From: a virus
Taxonomy: Duplodnaviria; Caudoviricetes
IMG/VR virus record: IMGVR_UViG_3300042305_001561
Span: 895 to 64,894 of that record
Length of the DNA stretch: 64,000 nucleotides
Strand: one strand, 5' to 3'
In this document: one piece after another, positions 63,585 to 64,000 of the stretch
How positions within the stretch are numbered: position 1 is the stretch's first letter
Layout: every line of letters starts with the position of its first letter
The notes under the pieces: generated by a model
The model's input: the letters and a program-made list of their open reading frames with translations, nothing else
Database searches by the model: none
Told to the model about the DNA's origin: nothing
Position numbers and translations under genes: made by a program

Positions 63585-64000
63585 TTAGTTGTCAATCTCC
63601 TTCTTGATGAGGAAATAGGACGCTTCAAAGTCCTTGTTCTTGAATGATATGTTGGAAATGCCAGCAGCAGCGACCTTGAAGATGACTCCGCCAAGACCAC
63701 GACTCTTGCTCACAATCTCCTTGAAATAATTGGCATTGAAACTGATGGGCTTATCCAACTTGTCCTTGCCAGCAATCGGAGACACATCCAACTTGATGCG
63801 GCTGGTGTTGATGCTGCTATATCCAATCACCAGTTCCATCTTGTTCTTCTTGTTCATAAGAAGAGTAAATGTTTCAACTTCCGGCAGAGCATTCTTGGCT
63901 TTGATATACTTCTCAATGAAAATATCATCCATAGGAATCTCAACGTCATATGACTTGATTTCCTTGACCTTGGGGGCGGATGGAATAATAGACAGGTCCG
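63585..64000 (-). CDS. sliding clamp (T4 gp45-like), 5'-partial
   Basis: Directly upstream of the clamp loader; FNANYFKEI...G..NISF...YFL C-terminus. Confidence 0.65.
   Translation of the reverse strand, partial: DLSIIPSAPKVKEIKSYDVEIPMDDIFIEKYIKAKNALPEVETFTLLMNKKNKMELVIGYSSINTSRIKLDVSPIAGKDKLDKPISFNANYFKEIVSKSRGLGGVIFKVAAAGISNISFKNKDFEASYFLIKKEIDN

Noticed and set aside
1-64000. Genome-wide stop-codon reassignment
   Set aside because: Long genes are intact in the standard code, several end in TAG or TGA at sensible positions, and no suppressor tRNA is in the window.

Overview
64-kb segment of an AT-rich large (jumbo-type) dsDNA phage genome, mostly minus-strand. It carries T4-like replication genes (sliding clamp, both clamp-loader subunits), an SF2 helicase, nucleotide-metabolism genes (guaC, dut, dNMP kinase), a ~16-kb glycosylation island and several RNA-repair enzymes. 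An RNA-rich region (35-57 kb) holds 22 tRNAs, a tmRNA and at least four structured non-coding RNAs I cannot assign to a family, one of them a ~230-nt tRNA/tmRNA mimic. Host-type envelope genes (PEP-CTERM protein, beta-barrel, Ig-domain proteins, FHA/TPS protein, Tat tyrosinase, PlcP/Agt-like pair) suggest, by inference, a Gram-negative host, probably Verrucomicrobia/Opitutae. Two candidate systems stand out. (1) boxA-led tRNA/ncRNA operons containing novel RNAs and tRNAs with co-varying D/T-loop elbows. (2) A family of unrelated domains sharing an N-terminal 'LxxIL-x-E' leader and a TATTTAT upstream motif, probably capsid-packaged, injected effectors. All calls come from reading motifs by eye; no searches were run. 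Several starts are shifted from the ORF track to a more plausible internal Met.
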